A stretch of DNA of 23,387 nucleotides from Chiloscyllium plagiosum (GCF_004010195.1 NC_057719.1:81893915-81917301), one strand, 5' to 3'. Counted from the first letter of the stretch, positions 9,936 through 21,355 are shown. The notes: generated from the sequence alone by a model not told the origin. Numbers and translations are program-made.

Positions 9936-10694
9936 TAGGATTGCAATTTGTTTTGGCAGACTGAGATGCAGTCAGCAAGTCCTTTACAATTGGAGCTTTG
10001 GAATCAAAACAGTTGGCTTCCCACCTCATTGTTGAGAGACGAAGGACAGCAGCAGGAGGTCCAGGGAGCTTCATGGACAGGCTGAGGATCCATGGATATC
10101 ATTTGCAGTGGGAAGGAGGAGTCTATGTTAGAACTCCTATGACTGTATTGGGAATAGGCTGGAGTTCTTAGAAGTGGTTGAGTAAGCATTTTGCTGCCCA
10201 AGCTTCTGTTTGCTTATTGGGAGCAAATCCTGACGTCTATCTCTACATGTTCTCCTAATTCCCAATAATTCATTAATTGCCACGGGAGGCATAAATTCCA
10301 TGATTTAACAAAAAAAAAGCAGGAAGATGTTTCTTCAGTACAATTAACAAAGAGCTAAACTATACCACATTAATGTGTAGCTTTAAGAAATGCAAAATGG
10401 AGAATATTGTTTTCATTTATTGATAATTGTGCAGAAACATCTTAGGTGGCAGTAGTGGAGGCCATTGGGAAAGAGGCCGATGGATGGGAGCAGTGAGGGA
10501 ATGTGGGGAGGGTGGTGGGGTGTGACTGTGAGACTGGGGCAGTGCCAGGAGGTGTTGCAGAAGCAGCCCAGCAGTATGAGAGGCCAACGTTATAGACATT
10601 ACGTGGTTGCTGCATCTGACAAACAGTAATTTGTCATGGTTAAACAAAGATGGAGTTAATTTTGCCTGTAGGTGCCATGGAAATCAAAACAAGA

Positions 10695-11970
10695 GATGGT
10701 GGGGAAAATCTTGGTGAAGATACTGAGGGACAAGGTATATGTACATTTGGAAGAAAATGGACTGGGTTACTGACATGCAGCATGGTTTTGTATGGGGAAG
10801 GTCACGTCTCACCAACCTGATTGATTTTTTTGAAGAGGTGACAAAGATAATTGATGAGGGAAGGGCTGTGGATGCAGTTTATACAGACATTTGTAAGGCA
10901 TTTCTACAAAAACTAAAATCACAAGGGATTCAGCGTGTGCTGGCTAGATGGATACAAAACTGGCTTGTTCATAGAAGATAGAGGGTAGTAGAGGAAGGGT
11001 GTTTTCCAGAATGGAAACCGGTAACTAATGGTGTTCCAATGGGATCAGTCTTAGGTCCTCTGTTGTTTGTAATATATATAAATGATCTGGAGTGGGTGTG
11101 GGTGGTCTGATTCGTATATTTGCAGATGAGACAAAGATTAGTGGAGTTGCTGATAGTGCCAATGATTGTGAAAGAATACATCAGGAAATAGTGACTTGGG
11201 CACAGAAATGGCAGCTGGAGTTTAATCCAGACAAATGCAAGATGATGCATTTAGGATGATCAAATTTAGGTGGCAGAACTCTGAGGGAACAATAACATAC
11301 AGATGGATCTGGGTGTGCAGGTCCACATTACCCTAAAAATGGCAACACAGGTGGCCAAGGTGGTTAAGAAGGCATATGGCATGCTTGTTTTCATCGACCA
11401 GGGCATGGAGTACAAGAGTTGGCAAACCATGTTGCAGCTATATAAAACCCTTGTTCGGCTACATTTGGAGTACTGTGTGCAGTTTTGGTGTGCAGAGAAG
11501 ATTCATCTGGACGTTGCCTGGTCTCGCGGGCATTGGCTGTGAGGATAGGTTAAAAAGACTAGGATTGTTTTCACTGGAAAGATGGTGGCTGAGTGGATGC
11601 CTGATAGTGGTCTACAAAATTATGAGAGGCATAGAAAGGGTAGATAGTCAGAGGCTTTTTCCTAGGGTTGGAGTTTCTATTACAAGGGGACATAGGTTCG
11701 AGGTGAGAGGGGGAAAGTTTAAGGGAGATGTGTGAAGGAAGTTTTTCATGCAAAGAGTGGAAGGAGCCTGGAACACACTGCCAGAAGCAGGCACATTGGG
11801 GACATTTAAGAGGCACCTGGATGGTTACACAAAAAGGGAGGGAATAGATGGATGGAGGACCAAATAAAGGCAGAAGGTTTGTTTTTTAGTTTAGTTCGGG
11901 CATGATGATTGGCACAGGCTTGGAGGGCCGAAGGGCCTGTTACTGTGCTGTACTTCTCTTTTGTTCTCTG
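10695..11970 (+). mobile_element. 5'-truncated CR1 LINE (different subfamily), RT to 3' tail, disrupted
   Basis: QHGFVWGRSRLTNLIDFFEEVTK...AVDAVYTD (10739-10981); DLGVQVH...LYKTLVRLHLEYCVQFW (11303-11542); TRGHRFEVRGGKFKGDV; tail gggccgaagggcctgttactgtgctgtac...ttgttctctg. Confidence 0.93.
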
Positions 11971-12221
11971 ATTAAATCAGAAAAGCAACTGGAAATACAC
12001 TTAAAAAGTATGAAGGAAGGCTAGAGGAGTGGACTTAATGGGCACAATAGGCTCAATCCAACTCAGGAACAGATGTCATCAACACAAACAATCAAGTCTC
12101 TTATTCCTTTTCTTCTGAGCAGCTGATCAGCTGGTGGATTCAGGCAATTTAGAAACAAAAGTACATAATGGATTGTCCCAGCAGGAACACAGAGGATGGA
12201 TGCAGATGTTCCCAGGACTTG

Positions 12222-13293
12222 AATAGAATCAAAAAGTCATAAAATGGTTGCAACACAGAAGGGAGCCATCCAGACTGACATTTCTATGCCAGCTCTCTGC
12301 AAGACTTCTCCATCCGTCTTTTCCCTGTAGTTCTGCAAACATTTTCCCTTTTCAAGTTCCTTTTCAAGAGTCCCAAGTGACTCTGCCTCCACCATCCTTT
12401 CAGACAAACCATTCCAGATCCTAACCATTTATCACATATGTGAAAAACAATCCATTACTTCCTTCGCTATTTGCCTTATTTCTGGGTCTCTGTTGTTTGG
12501 TCAATGGGAATAGTTTTACTCTATCTCCTCTAGCCGGGCTCCTCAAAATTTTGAAAACCTCGCAACTCAATCTCCTCTTGACTTTTGATCCATTAAAGGG
12601 AAACAACTTTAATGTTGTTATTCCAATTTAGCCACGTCACCAAGTCCCTCATCCTTGGATTTGTGCCCCCAAACCTATTCTGCACCCTGTCAAAAGCCTT
12701 TACGCATTCTTCTGAAAGTGTGGTGTCCAGGGAGTGATGCAGTACTTCAATGAATGAATCATTTATGAAGGTTCAACATACCTTTCTTGATTTTTCTCTC
12801 TATGCCTCTGTTTTACATGCCCCAGTATTCACCATATGACTGTTTTAGCATTTTCCCAACTTATCCTGTCACCTTCCATGATTTGTTGCACATACCTGTA
12901 TACCTGTTCCTACACCCCCTTTATAATTGTATGCTGATTCACCTTTCTTAAATTAATTCACTTCACACTTTTCTGCATTAAATTGTATCTTCCATATACG
13001 CACCCATTCCACCAGGCTATGTATTCTTGAAGTCTGTCATTATCATCGTCACAGTTCACAATACTTCCAAGTAACTTGTCATCTGCAAATGTTGAAGTCA
13101 TGCCTTCTACAGCCAAGTCAAGGTCATTGATGTATATCCAAAATATATCCAGAATGCAGTGTTCCCACTGCTATTCCTTAGGAAACACCACAGCTTTCCC
13201 CAGTCCACAAAACAACTGTTCACCACTACTATCTGTTTCTTTTCAGTCATCAACTTTCAAATGCAATCTGCTGACTGCTACTTTTATTCCATG
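12222..13293 (-). mobile_element. Old CR1 LINE, 3' segment (host of nested insertions)
   Basis: Tail at ~12222-12260; MVRIWNGLSERMVEAESL (12237-12428), EVFKILR...LFPL (12421-12606); FADD-like motif remnant near 13076-13090. Confidence 0.85.
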
Positions 13294-13577
13294 AACATAG
13301 AACATAGAACATAGAAAAATACAGCGCAGTACAGGCCCTTTGGCCCTCGATGTTGCGCCGATCCAAGCCCACCTAACCTACACTAGCCCACTATCCTCCA
13401 TATGCCTATCCAATGCCTGTTTAAATGCCCATAAAGAGGGAGAGTCCACCACTGCTACTGGCAGGGCATTCCATGAACTCACGACTCACTGAGTAAAGAA
13501 TCTACCCCGAACATCTGTCCTATACCTACCACCCCTTAATTTAAAGCTATGCCCCCTCGTAATAGCTGACTCCATAC
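13294..13577 (-). mobile_element. Younger CR1 3'-end fragment inserted in the old CR1
   Basis: (AACATAG)3 tail, caggccctttggccc stem-loop, and an ORF2 end with few apparent mutations (YYEGA...WNALPVAVV). It interrupts the host at ttttattccatg | ttcaactttg. Confidence 0.88.
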
Positions 13578-14595
13578 TTCAACTTTGCTGAAAATGTTAT
13601 GTACCATTTTATCAAATGTGTTTTGGAAGTCAACATATGTTTCATCAACTGCATTACCCTTATCAACCCCCTCTGCATTTTCAATGCATCCACACACTGG
13701 CTTTCCTTACTTAATCCACACTTGTTCAAGTGACTATCAACTTCATCTACATTATTGTTTCTTAGAAGCTTTCCCACCATCCAGATTGAAATAACTGCAC
13801 TGCAGTTTTGGGATTATATTTGCACCCTTTTTAAACCAAATGTGTAACATTTGCAATTCTCCAGGCCTCTAACAACATTTCCCTGTCAAAGGAGGCTTGG
13901 AACATTATGACCAGTGTGTTTGACCCTTACTTCCCTCAGGTTCTTCAGATGCATTCCCAGGCTTGTTTATGACTCGAAAACAATCTTTTTAACACATCTT
14001 CCGTATCAATATTTAGTCCACCTTGTGACTCATCTGTTTTCTTTTCCACTATAACTTTGCAAGTATCTTCTCCTTTGGTGAAGGCAGATGCAAAGTATTC
14101 ATTTAGTAGCCCAACTATTTCCCTCTGCGTAGATCCACTTTTTCATTCCTCATCAGCTGAGTTCCTCCTTTTATTACTTATACAGAAGATTTGGGGATTT
14201 CCTTTTATGTTGGCTGCCAGTCTCTTCTCACATTCTCTGTCTTTCTCTTTAAACATTGTATATTCTGCCTGCTTCACACTTGCATTACCAAACTGACATC
14301 TAGTATACATGTACTCTTTGATCCGCTAACACCCCATCTCTTTCATCATCCAGGGAGCTTTGACTTCAATTGTACTATCATCCCTCTTGTGGGAATATAC
14401 CTCAGCTATATTCTCTCTAGTTATCTTTTAAAGCCTATTGTCTCATTACAGTTTTGCTTGCCAATGTTTGATTGTCAATTTACTGAAGGCAGATCAGTTC
14501 TCACCTCAGCGTTAGTGGCTCTCCCCAATCAAGTAATTTTACTCTGGTTTATTTTGTGTCCCCTTTACAAAGCAAACCTCAGCTTTAGGATATAA
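13578..14595 (-). mobile_element. Old CR1 LINE, middle segment
   Basis: Remnants of YVDFQKxFDK, MVGKLL, IANVTxLFKKG and LNEYFASAFT-like motifs; collinear with 12222-13293. Confidence 0.8.
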
Positions 14596-14669
14596 GTCAT
14601 AGAGCTGTACAGCACGGAAACAAACCCTTGCATCCAACTCGTCCATGACTACCAGATATCCTAAATTAA

Positions 14670-17621
14670 TCTAGTTCCATTTGCATTTGGCCTATAACCC
14701 TCTAAACCCTTCCTATTCGTATACCCACGCAGATGCCTTTTAATATGTTGCAATTGTACCAGCCTCAAGCTCCTCTTTCATACACGCAACATCCTCTGTG
14801 TGAAAAAGTTGTTCCTTAGGTGCCTTTTATATCTTTCCCTTCTCACCCTAAACCTATGCCCTCTGGATTCCCCCACCCCAGGGAAAAGACCTTGTCTATT
14901 TACCCTAACCATGCCCCTCATAATTTTATAAACCTCTCTGAGGTTAACCCTCAGCCTCCAACGCTCCAGGTAAAACAGCCCCAGCCTGTTCAGTCCCAGT
15001 CCGGGCAACATCTTTTTAAATATTTACTGAACCCTTTAAAGTTTCACAACATCTTTCCTATAACAAGGAGACTAGAATTGAGTGCAGTATTCCAAAGTGG
15101 CCAAACCAATGTACTGTATGCCTGCAACATGACCTCCCAACTCATACAGGAGAAAGTGAGGACTACAAATGCTGGAGATCAGAGTCAAAATGTGTGGCAC
15201 TGGAAAAGCACAGCATGTCAGGCAGTATCCAAGGAGCAGGAAAATTGATGTTTCGGGCACAAGCCCTTTGTCAGGAATGACTGCTATACTCAATGCACTG
15301 ACCAATAAAGGCCAGCATACTTTTACTGTCCTATCTACCTGCGACTCCACTTTCAAGGAACTATGAACCTGCACTCCAAGGTCTCTTTGTTTAGCAAAAC
15401 TCCCCAGAACATTACCATTAAGTGTGTAAGTCCTGCTCTGATATGCCTTTCCAAAATGCAGCACCTCACATTTATCCAAATTAAACTCCATCTGCCAGTC
15501 CTTGGCCCATTGGCTCATCTGATCAAGATCCCGTTGTAATCTGAGGTTACTTTCTTCACTGTCCACTACACCTCCAATTTTGGTGTCATCTGTAAACTTA
15601 CTAACTATACCTCCTATGTTTACATCCAAATTATTTATTTAAATAATGAAAAACAGTGGACACAGCACCGATTCTTGTCATTAGTCATTGGCCTCCAGTC
15701 TGAAAAGCAACCCTCCACCCCAACCTTCTGTCTTCAACCTTCAAGCCAGTTTTGTATCCAGATGGCTAGTTCTCCCTGTATTTCATGTGATCTAACCTTG
15801 CTAACCAGTCTACCATAAGGGACCTTGTCAAATGCCTTGCTAAAATCCATATAGATAACGTCCACTGCTCTGCCCTCATCAATCCTCTTTGTTACTTCTT
15901 CAAAAAACTCAATCACATTAGTGAGATGCAATTTCCCATGCACAAAGTCATGTTGACTATCCCTAATCAGTCCTTGTCTTTCCAAATACATGTAAAGCCG
16001 GTCTCTCAGGATTCCCTCCAACAATTTGTCCACCACTGATGTCAGGCCCACTGGTCTATCGCTCCCTGGCTTTTTCTTATCATCTTTCTTAAATAGTGGC
16101 ACCACATTAGCCAGTCTACTGGCACTTTCTCTGTGGTTATCGATTATACAAATATCTTAGAAAGGGGCCTACCGATCACTTTCCTAGCTTTCCACAGAAT
16201 TCTAGGGTAAACCTGATCAGGTCCCAGGGATTTATCCACCTTTGTGCGTTTTAAACCATATAGCACCACCTCCTCTGTAATACGGACATTTTTCAAGATA
16301 TCGCTATTTACTTCTCCATGTTCTATCTCTTCCATCTCCTTCTCCACAGTAAACACTGATGCAAAATACTCGTTTAGTATTTCCTCCATCTCCTGTAGCA
16401 AAGGCTTCCTTGCTGATCTTTGAGGGATCCTATTCTCTTCCTTGTTACCCTTTTGTCCTTCATGGTTTTATAAAATCCCTTTGGATTCTCCTTAACCCTA
16501 TTTGCCAAAGCTATCTCATGTCCCCTTTTTGCCCACCTGAGTTCCCTCCTAAGTATAATCCTACTGTCTTTATATTCTTCTAAGGATTCACTCTATCTCT
16601 GCTGTCTGTACCTGACTGATGCTTCTTCTCTTTCTTGACCAAAACCTCAATTTCTCTAGTCATCCAGCATGCCCTACACCTACCAGCCTTGCCCTAACAG
16701 GAATATACTGTCCCGAAACTCTTGTTATTTCATTCATGAAGGCTTCCCATTTTCCAGCCATCCCTTTATCTGCAAACATCTGCCGCCAATCAGCTTTTGA
16801 AAGTTCTTGCCTAATACCATCAAAATTAGCCTGCCTCCAATTTCAAACTTTAACTTTTAGATCCGGTCTATCCTTTTCCAAAACTATTTTAAAATTAATA
16901 CAATTATGGTCGCTGGCCCCAAAGTGCTCCCTCACTGACACCTCAGTCACCTACCCTGCCTTATTTCCCAAGAGTGGGTCAGGTTTTGCACCTTCTCTGG
17001 TAGGTACTTCCACATACGGAATCAGAAAGTTTTCCTGTATGCATTTAATAAATTCCTCTCCATCTGAACCCTTAACACTGTGGAAGTCCCAGTCGATGTT
17101 TGGAAAGTTAAAATCTACTCCCATAACCATCCTATTATTTTTCCAGATAATGAGATCTCATTACAAATTTGTTTCTCAATTTCCCACTGACCGCTGGGGG
17201 GGTCTATACAATAAGGTAAACATCTCTTTCTTATTTCTCAGTTCCACTCAAATAACTTCTCTGGACATATTCCCAGGAATATCCTCTTTAAGTACAGCTG
17301 CAATGTTAGCCCTAATCAAAAATGCCACTCACCATCCTCTCTTGCCACCTTCCTGTCTTTCGAATAGCATACATACCCTGGAATATTAAGTTGTCTGTCC
17401 TGTCCATCACTGAGCCCTGTCTCCGTAATTGATATGATATCACAGTCCCATGTTCCCAACCATGCCCTGAGTTCATCTGCTTTCCATGCTGAGCCTCTTG
17501 CATTGAAAGAAATGCAGTTTATCAGTTCTACCTTATTTTCTGCTTTGCTCGTGCCTGCCCTGACTGTTTGACTTGCTCCTTTTCTCAAATGTACCAGTCT
17601 CAGACTAACGTGTTTTCTCAC
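14670..17621 (-). pseudogene. CR1 ORF2 remnant (APE endonuclease plus reverse transcriptase), many stops and frameshifts
   Basis: CISFNARG..KADELRAW...DIISITET (17316-17621); LNEYFASVFT; RPVGLTSVV...YMDFSKAFDKVP (15734-16105); VSKFTDDTKIGG (FADD-equivalent, 15072-15629); FFTQRMLRV. Confidence 0.92.
15148..15280 (-). mobile_element. ~133-bp non-autonomous Penelope-derived element with hammerhead-like motif, inserted in CR1 ORF2
   Basis: Non-CR1 sequence interrupts gacctcccaactc...ctatactcaatg. It is homologous to 20337-20437. Minus strand: AUUC-CUGACAA-A-GGGC-uugu-GCCC-GAAA-CA-UC-AAUU. Confidence 0.8.
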
Positions 17622-17643
17622 TATCTCCCTGCTCCTCCACTTA

Positions 17644-18520
17644 CTAGTTTAAATCCCCCTGCACAGCTCTAGCAAATGTCCCTGCCAGTGTGTTAGTCCC
17701 CTTCCAATTTATGTGCAATATGTTCTTCTTGTATAGGTCACTTCTACCCCAGAAGAGATTCCAATAATCCAAAATATGAACCCTTCGCCCCTGCACCAGC
17801 TCCTCAGCCACGCATTCATCTGCTCTATCCTCCTATTCCTACCCTCACTAGCTCATAGCACCTGGAGTAATCCAAATAATACAACCCTCAAGGACCTCCT
17901 TTTTAAATTACTGCCTAACTTGCTAAATTGTCTCCTCAAATGTGTACAATGACCAACTGCTGGTCCGTCTCCCCTTTGAGAACATTCTGCACTCTCTCTT
18001 AGATATCCTCAATCCTGGCACCAGGAAGGCAACACACCATTCTGATTTCTTGCTGTCCGCCACAGAAACATCTGTCTGTGCCACTGACTAGACAGTCCCC
18101 CAGCACCATTGATTGCCTGAACCTGACGTACCTCTCGTTACATTAGAGTTAGTCTCGGTACCAGAAATTTGGCTGCTGGTGCTACATTCCCCTGAGAGTC
18201 CCTGACCCCCTACTTTTTCCAAAACAGCATACTTGTTTGAGATGGGGATAGCCACAATAGACTCCTGCACTACCTGGCCACCTCTCTTACCTTTCCTGGA
18301 GTTAACCCATCTTCCGGACTGTGACTTTTCTCTTCCTACAGTTGCCCCCTAGCTCTTGTAAATTCCTCAGTGCCTCTAACTACAGTCCCAATTGATCAAT
18401 GCGATCTGCTAGAATTCACAACCAAACACACTTCCTGCAGATAAAATCATCAATAACATGAAAACTCTCCCTAAACTCCCACATCCGACAGGAAGAGCAT
18501 ATTGCTCTACTAAAGCACAT
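17644..18520 (-). pseudogene. CR1 ORF1 remnant (zinc-finger/leucine-zipper plus SGNH esterase-like domain)
   Basis: From the ATG at 18520: MCFSRAICSSCRMWEFRESFHVIDDFICRKCVWL*ILADRIDQLGL*LEALRNLQ. Then IPISNKYAVL; VLGDCLVSGTDRCFCG...RMVCCLPGARIEDI; ends ...DLN* at 17644. Confidence 0.88.
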
Positions 18521-18999
18521 CTTTGCACCTTAATTAACTACAGACCTAGAAAATAGCACAGTCTTACTGCTCTAAAAAACATTGCTCCAGGCTAACTTAG
18601 CACTTACGTTCTATATTTTTAAAGTTTACTCAAGAGACACATCTCAGTAAAACATATAATCAAAAAAAGAACCCTCTCTATTCACTATTGTAGCTTTACA
18701 AAACACACAGTAAGGTTATACTTTAAAAAGCCACTTAGCTGTTCCCCTGCTATGACTTTCCCGCGCAGGTTTCTCCAAGGTCAGCTGTGAATTTCACTGT
18801 TTGTTAGTTTTACTCGGATGAACCGCCAGTGTCTGGAGTTCTTTGGTATCAAACAGCAGAGGCAGTAACTGTGCAGATTTACTCCTGGGTCGGACAGCAG
18901 TGTGGTTTCTTTCTCATTTAGATCACTTCCCATGTGGTGACTGCCACTGCCTTTGTCTGTCTTCCTCCTTTTTTGAAGTGCCGTAATTTTAATTTTTTT

Positions 19000-19178
19000 G
19001 ATATAATAATCTATATCCCCCCCAATGTTCCCCTAATGACGTTTGATGTATCTGATTAACCTCACTATCCCAAAAACAAGCCCAGCAATACCTCTTTCCT
19101 TTCTTATCAGAAAAATATTTATCAAGAAAATTCTCCTGAACATGCCGTAGAAAACTTTCCCTCATGCCCTCTCTACCT
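19000..19178 (-). mobile_element. Old CR1 LINE, 5'-most segment (APE region)
   Basis: ESFLRHVQENFLDKY...DSEVNQIHQTSLGEH (ORF 18989-19189) is the APE C-terminal part and continues at 14595. Confidence 0.8.
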
Positions 19179-19394
19179 TGGGTTGCCAAGATTCAACATT
19201 TGTCCATGAGTCACCAGGAACCAAAATGAATCTTCCAGACATTGCAGTGAGCAAACTCGGGAGGAGAATGGAAAGACAGTATTGAAATCATTGTTTTCCT
19301 TTAATGTTTTGTTTGAGCACTTTTTCCATTTATCAATGAAAATATTGAAGATGGAAAAGGAAAGCTGTTTGAGTGAGCCATTGCAGGTCAACCT
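19179..19394. mobile_element. Possible decayed MITE / non-autonomous DNA transposon
   Basis: Starts GGGTTGCCA, a recalled TIR motif of vertebrate MER53-like elements. The possible degenerate partner ggtcaacc is at ~19386-19393. Confidence 0.3.
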
Positions 19395-19459
19395 GCTGGA
19401 GCCAGAGCTAGAGCCATGGAGGCTCCTCACGCCTTTATCTGTTTCTGTGAGCATAAAAG

Positions 19460-19740
19460 TCACCAACACCACCCCCATCCCACAGTCACTGGCACCGCCC
19501 CACATACACCTCCACCCTGCATGACCCCTCCCCAACTTCAAGATCTCCCCCACCCCACCTTGCTCCACCAACACAGCTTCCCTTAGCCCCCACTCACACC
19601 CCGATGCTGTTCCATGATCACCAATACTACCCCCATCCGCACCACCACCCCTACTCTGCCCCGTGGTCACTGATACCGCTCCCACCCCAGTCCACACCTC
19701 TTCTCCTCACTCTGCCCCACAGTCAATGACACCATCCACC
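19460..19740. repeat. C-rich degenerate minisatellite
   Basis: About four diverged copies of (actctgc)cccacagtcactgacacc near 19479, 19610, 19653 and 19709. Confidence 0.6.
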
Positions 19741-20014
19741 TGGCTATTTCTTTTGTAAAGCTGGCTGTTGGTGGCAAGAGGTCAAACCTGGAGGAACACA
19801 TCAAACTAGAGATCGCGACACACATGGTTCACTCTCAAACCCAGTCCCCACCCTCTCGAAGCTCTCCGTTTCACCTTCCCTCCACCCCAAACTATGATGT
19901 GTTTGCATGGGTCTCCTGTCTCCTAATAAACGGGACAATGGCTCACAGGTGGATTAACAATAAATTTACTGAATTCACAGCAAACTGCAGGAGGTAATTA
20001 AAAGCAATCAGATA

Positions 20015-20111
20015 GATAGGTTCTAGGGAAAGAGAAGGTGGTGGTAATTGGATAGCTAGACAGTACAGTCACAATAGGCTGTATGTTCTCCTTCTATGCT
20101 GCAAGATTCTA
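20015..20111 (+). mobile_element. Diverged CR1-type 3' tail fragment
   Basis: gggaaagagaagg...taattggatagct...cacaataggctgtatgttctccttctatgctgcaagattcta. Confidence 0.5.
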
Positions 20112-20336
20112 CAAAGTAGAGAAGATCCCTTTTTGAGGAGCAGGGACTGATAGAATTTCCCAGATTAGGGTGGATGAGCTGATGAGTTTCCTGTTGTTTG
20201 GATGCATTCGTTGAAATAAAGGTGACATGCTATTAATTTATCCAGTATGCAGGAAATTGACTGACAAAGGGGTCAGGGAACATTAAAATGAACAAGCAAA
20301 GGAATATCAGATAGTGCTAGATGATATGATTCTGAA

Positions 20337-20500
20337 GGCGGAAGTGGGTAACTGCAGATGCTGGAGATTTGAGTGGTGCTGGAAAAGCACAGCAGGTCAG
20401 GCAGCATCCGAGGAGCAGGAAAATTGACTTTTCAGGCTTTTGCCCGCAACGTCGATTTTCCTGCTCCTCGGATGCTGTGCTTTTCCAGCACCACACTTTC
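20337..20500. mobile_element. Palindromic Penelope-derived mini-element (two inverted arms)
   Basis: Arms 20373-20437 and 20442-20494 are reverse complements, apart from a 12-nt deletion in the right arm and a few mismatches. Homologous to 15148-15280. Confidence 0.85.
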
Positions 20501-20765
20501 TACCTGCCTCCTAACTCATGCCAAGGCCTATTACCCACATGAGCTACACTGGCTCCTGGACCAGCAACACTTTCCAATTTTAAAATGCTTAAACTTCCTT
20601 CCTCCATAACCTCCTCTAATTTTGGCTTTTTTTGAAGAATTCCTAATCTAAAAATTCTTGGTGTTTATGCTTTCACATGCCTAGGCCTAAGCTCTGCAAT
20701 TCCTATCGAAACCTCTCTAATTCTACTTCTGATAACACGTTGTTTAATCTCTCCTTAAAACAATT
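20501..20765 (+). mobile_element. L2 LINE ORF2 C-terminal fragment
   Basis: LLTHAK...ELHWLLDQQHF (LHWLP motif), AFTCLGLSSAIP/PKLCNSY (GPKLWNSL), and LLKT. Confidence 0.75.
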
Positions 20766-20783
20766 TAGAAACTCCAACCAAAA

Positions 20784-21355
20784 TGTTACGAATAAATTTG
20801 CCCAGGTGTCCTACAATACCGAAGTGGTCAAATCAATACAAACACAAGCCAGTACCAATGCAAAACAGTCCCAACTTTATTAGGAAGAAAGCTACAACAA
20901 CATTTAACACTAAACATACTATCTCTAATACTATTTGGCACCTTAAAGATACAATACTTCCTGAGTCTCTTGTAGAGTCCACAGTCACTCTCCCTCTGGC
21001 TGGTCAGCTCATAAAGCCTCCAGAAGATTCCAAAAGTGAGGTCTGCAGATGAAACTTGTTTTTGTACCTGTTAGATGGTTTTCTGGAGCTTTCTATGGTT
21101 CTGGCCGATCAAGGAGATACACTTAATTGTTTGAAACAGAGTCAATCATTTGAATGACTTGCCAGCGTTTGTTTCTTTGTGTAACAGGACCCGGTATCTT
21201 TCAGCTTGGGTCCTCCTTTGTTTAGTGAATAAGTTGTTGGGGAGTTGTCTGTTCAGGATAACTACTGCCTTTGACATTATTTTAATGTCATTAGGACCTG
21301 GCGACTATGTTTGCAGTGTGCCTGGTGTGTGGGTTTTGTGATTTCAGGGTTTTAC
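20784..21355 (-). mobile_element. LTR-like insertion splitting the L2 copy
   Basis: Non-L2 block. The minus strand ends ...CGTAACA (20784), with AATAAA (plus tttatt 20876-20881) ~90 nt earlier followed by a GT-rich tract. No TSD found; the right boundary is uncertain (21186 or ~21355). Confidence 0.45.

Larger units (their letters stand above)
14596..18999 (-). mobile_element. Full-length (~4.4 kb) CR1/HER1-like LINE, decayed, with 7-bp TSD GATATAA
   Basis: 5' UTR 18999-18521, ORF1, ORF2 and a tail ending ctctatgac. GATATAA at 14589-14595 and 19000-19006. The host CR1 sequence joins up across the insertion. Confidence 0.93.

Noticed and set aside
10004..10180. Purine-rich stretch with ~50 open codons as an exon
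   Set aside because: No convincing splice sites or recognisable motif.
16619..17389. Longest ORF (256 aa, plus strand) as a host gene
   Set aside because: It is exactly antisense to the CR1 ORF2 endonuclease region; the same peptide recurs antisense to the other copy (5898-6092). It is a shadow ORF.
19173..19697. 174-aa Gly-rich ORF
   Set aside because: Product of the low-complexity G-rich strand of the minisatellite; no recognisable domain.
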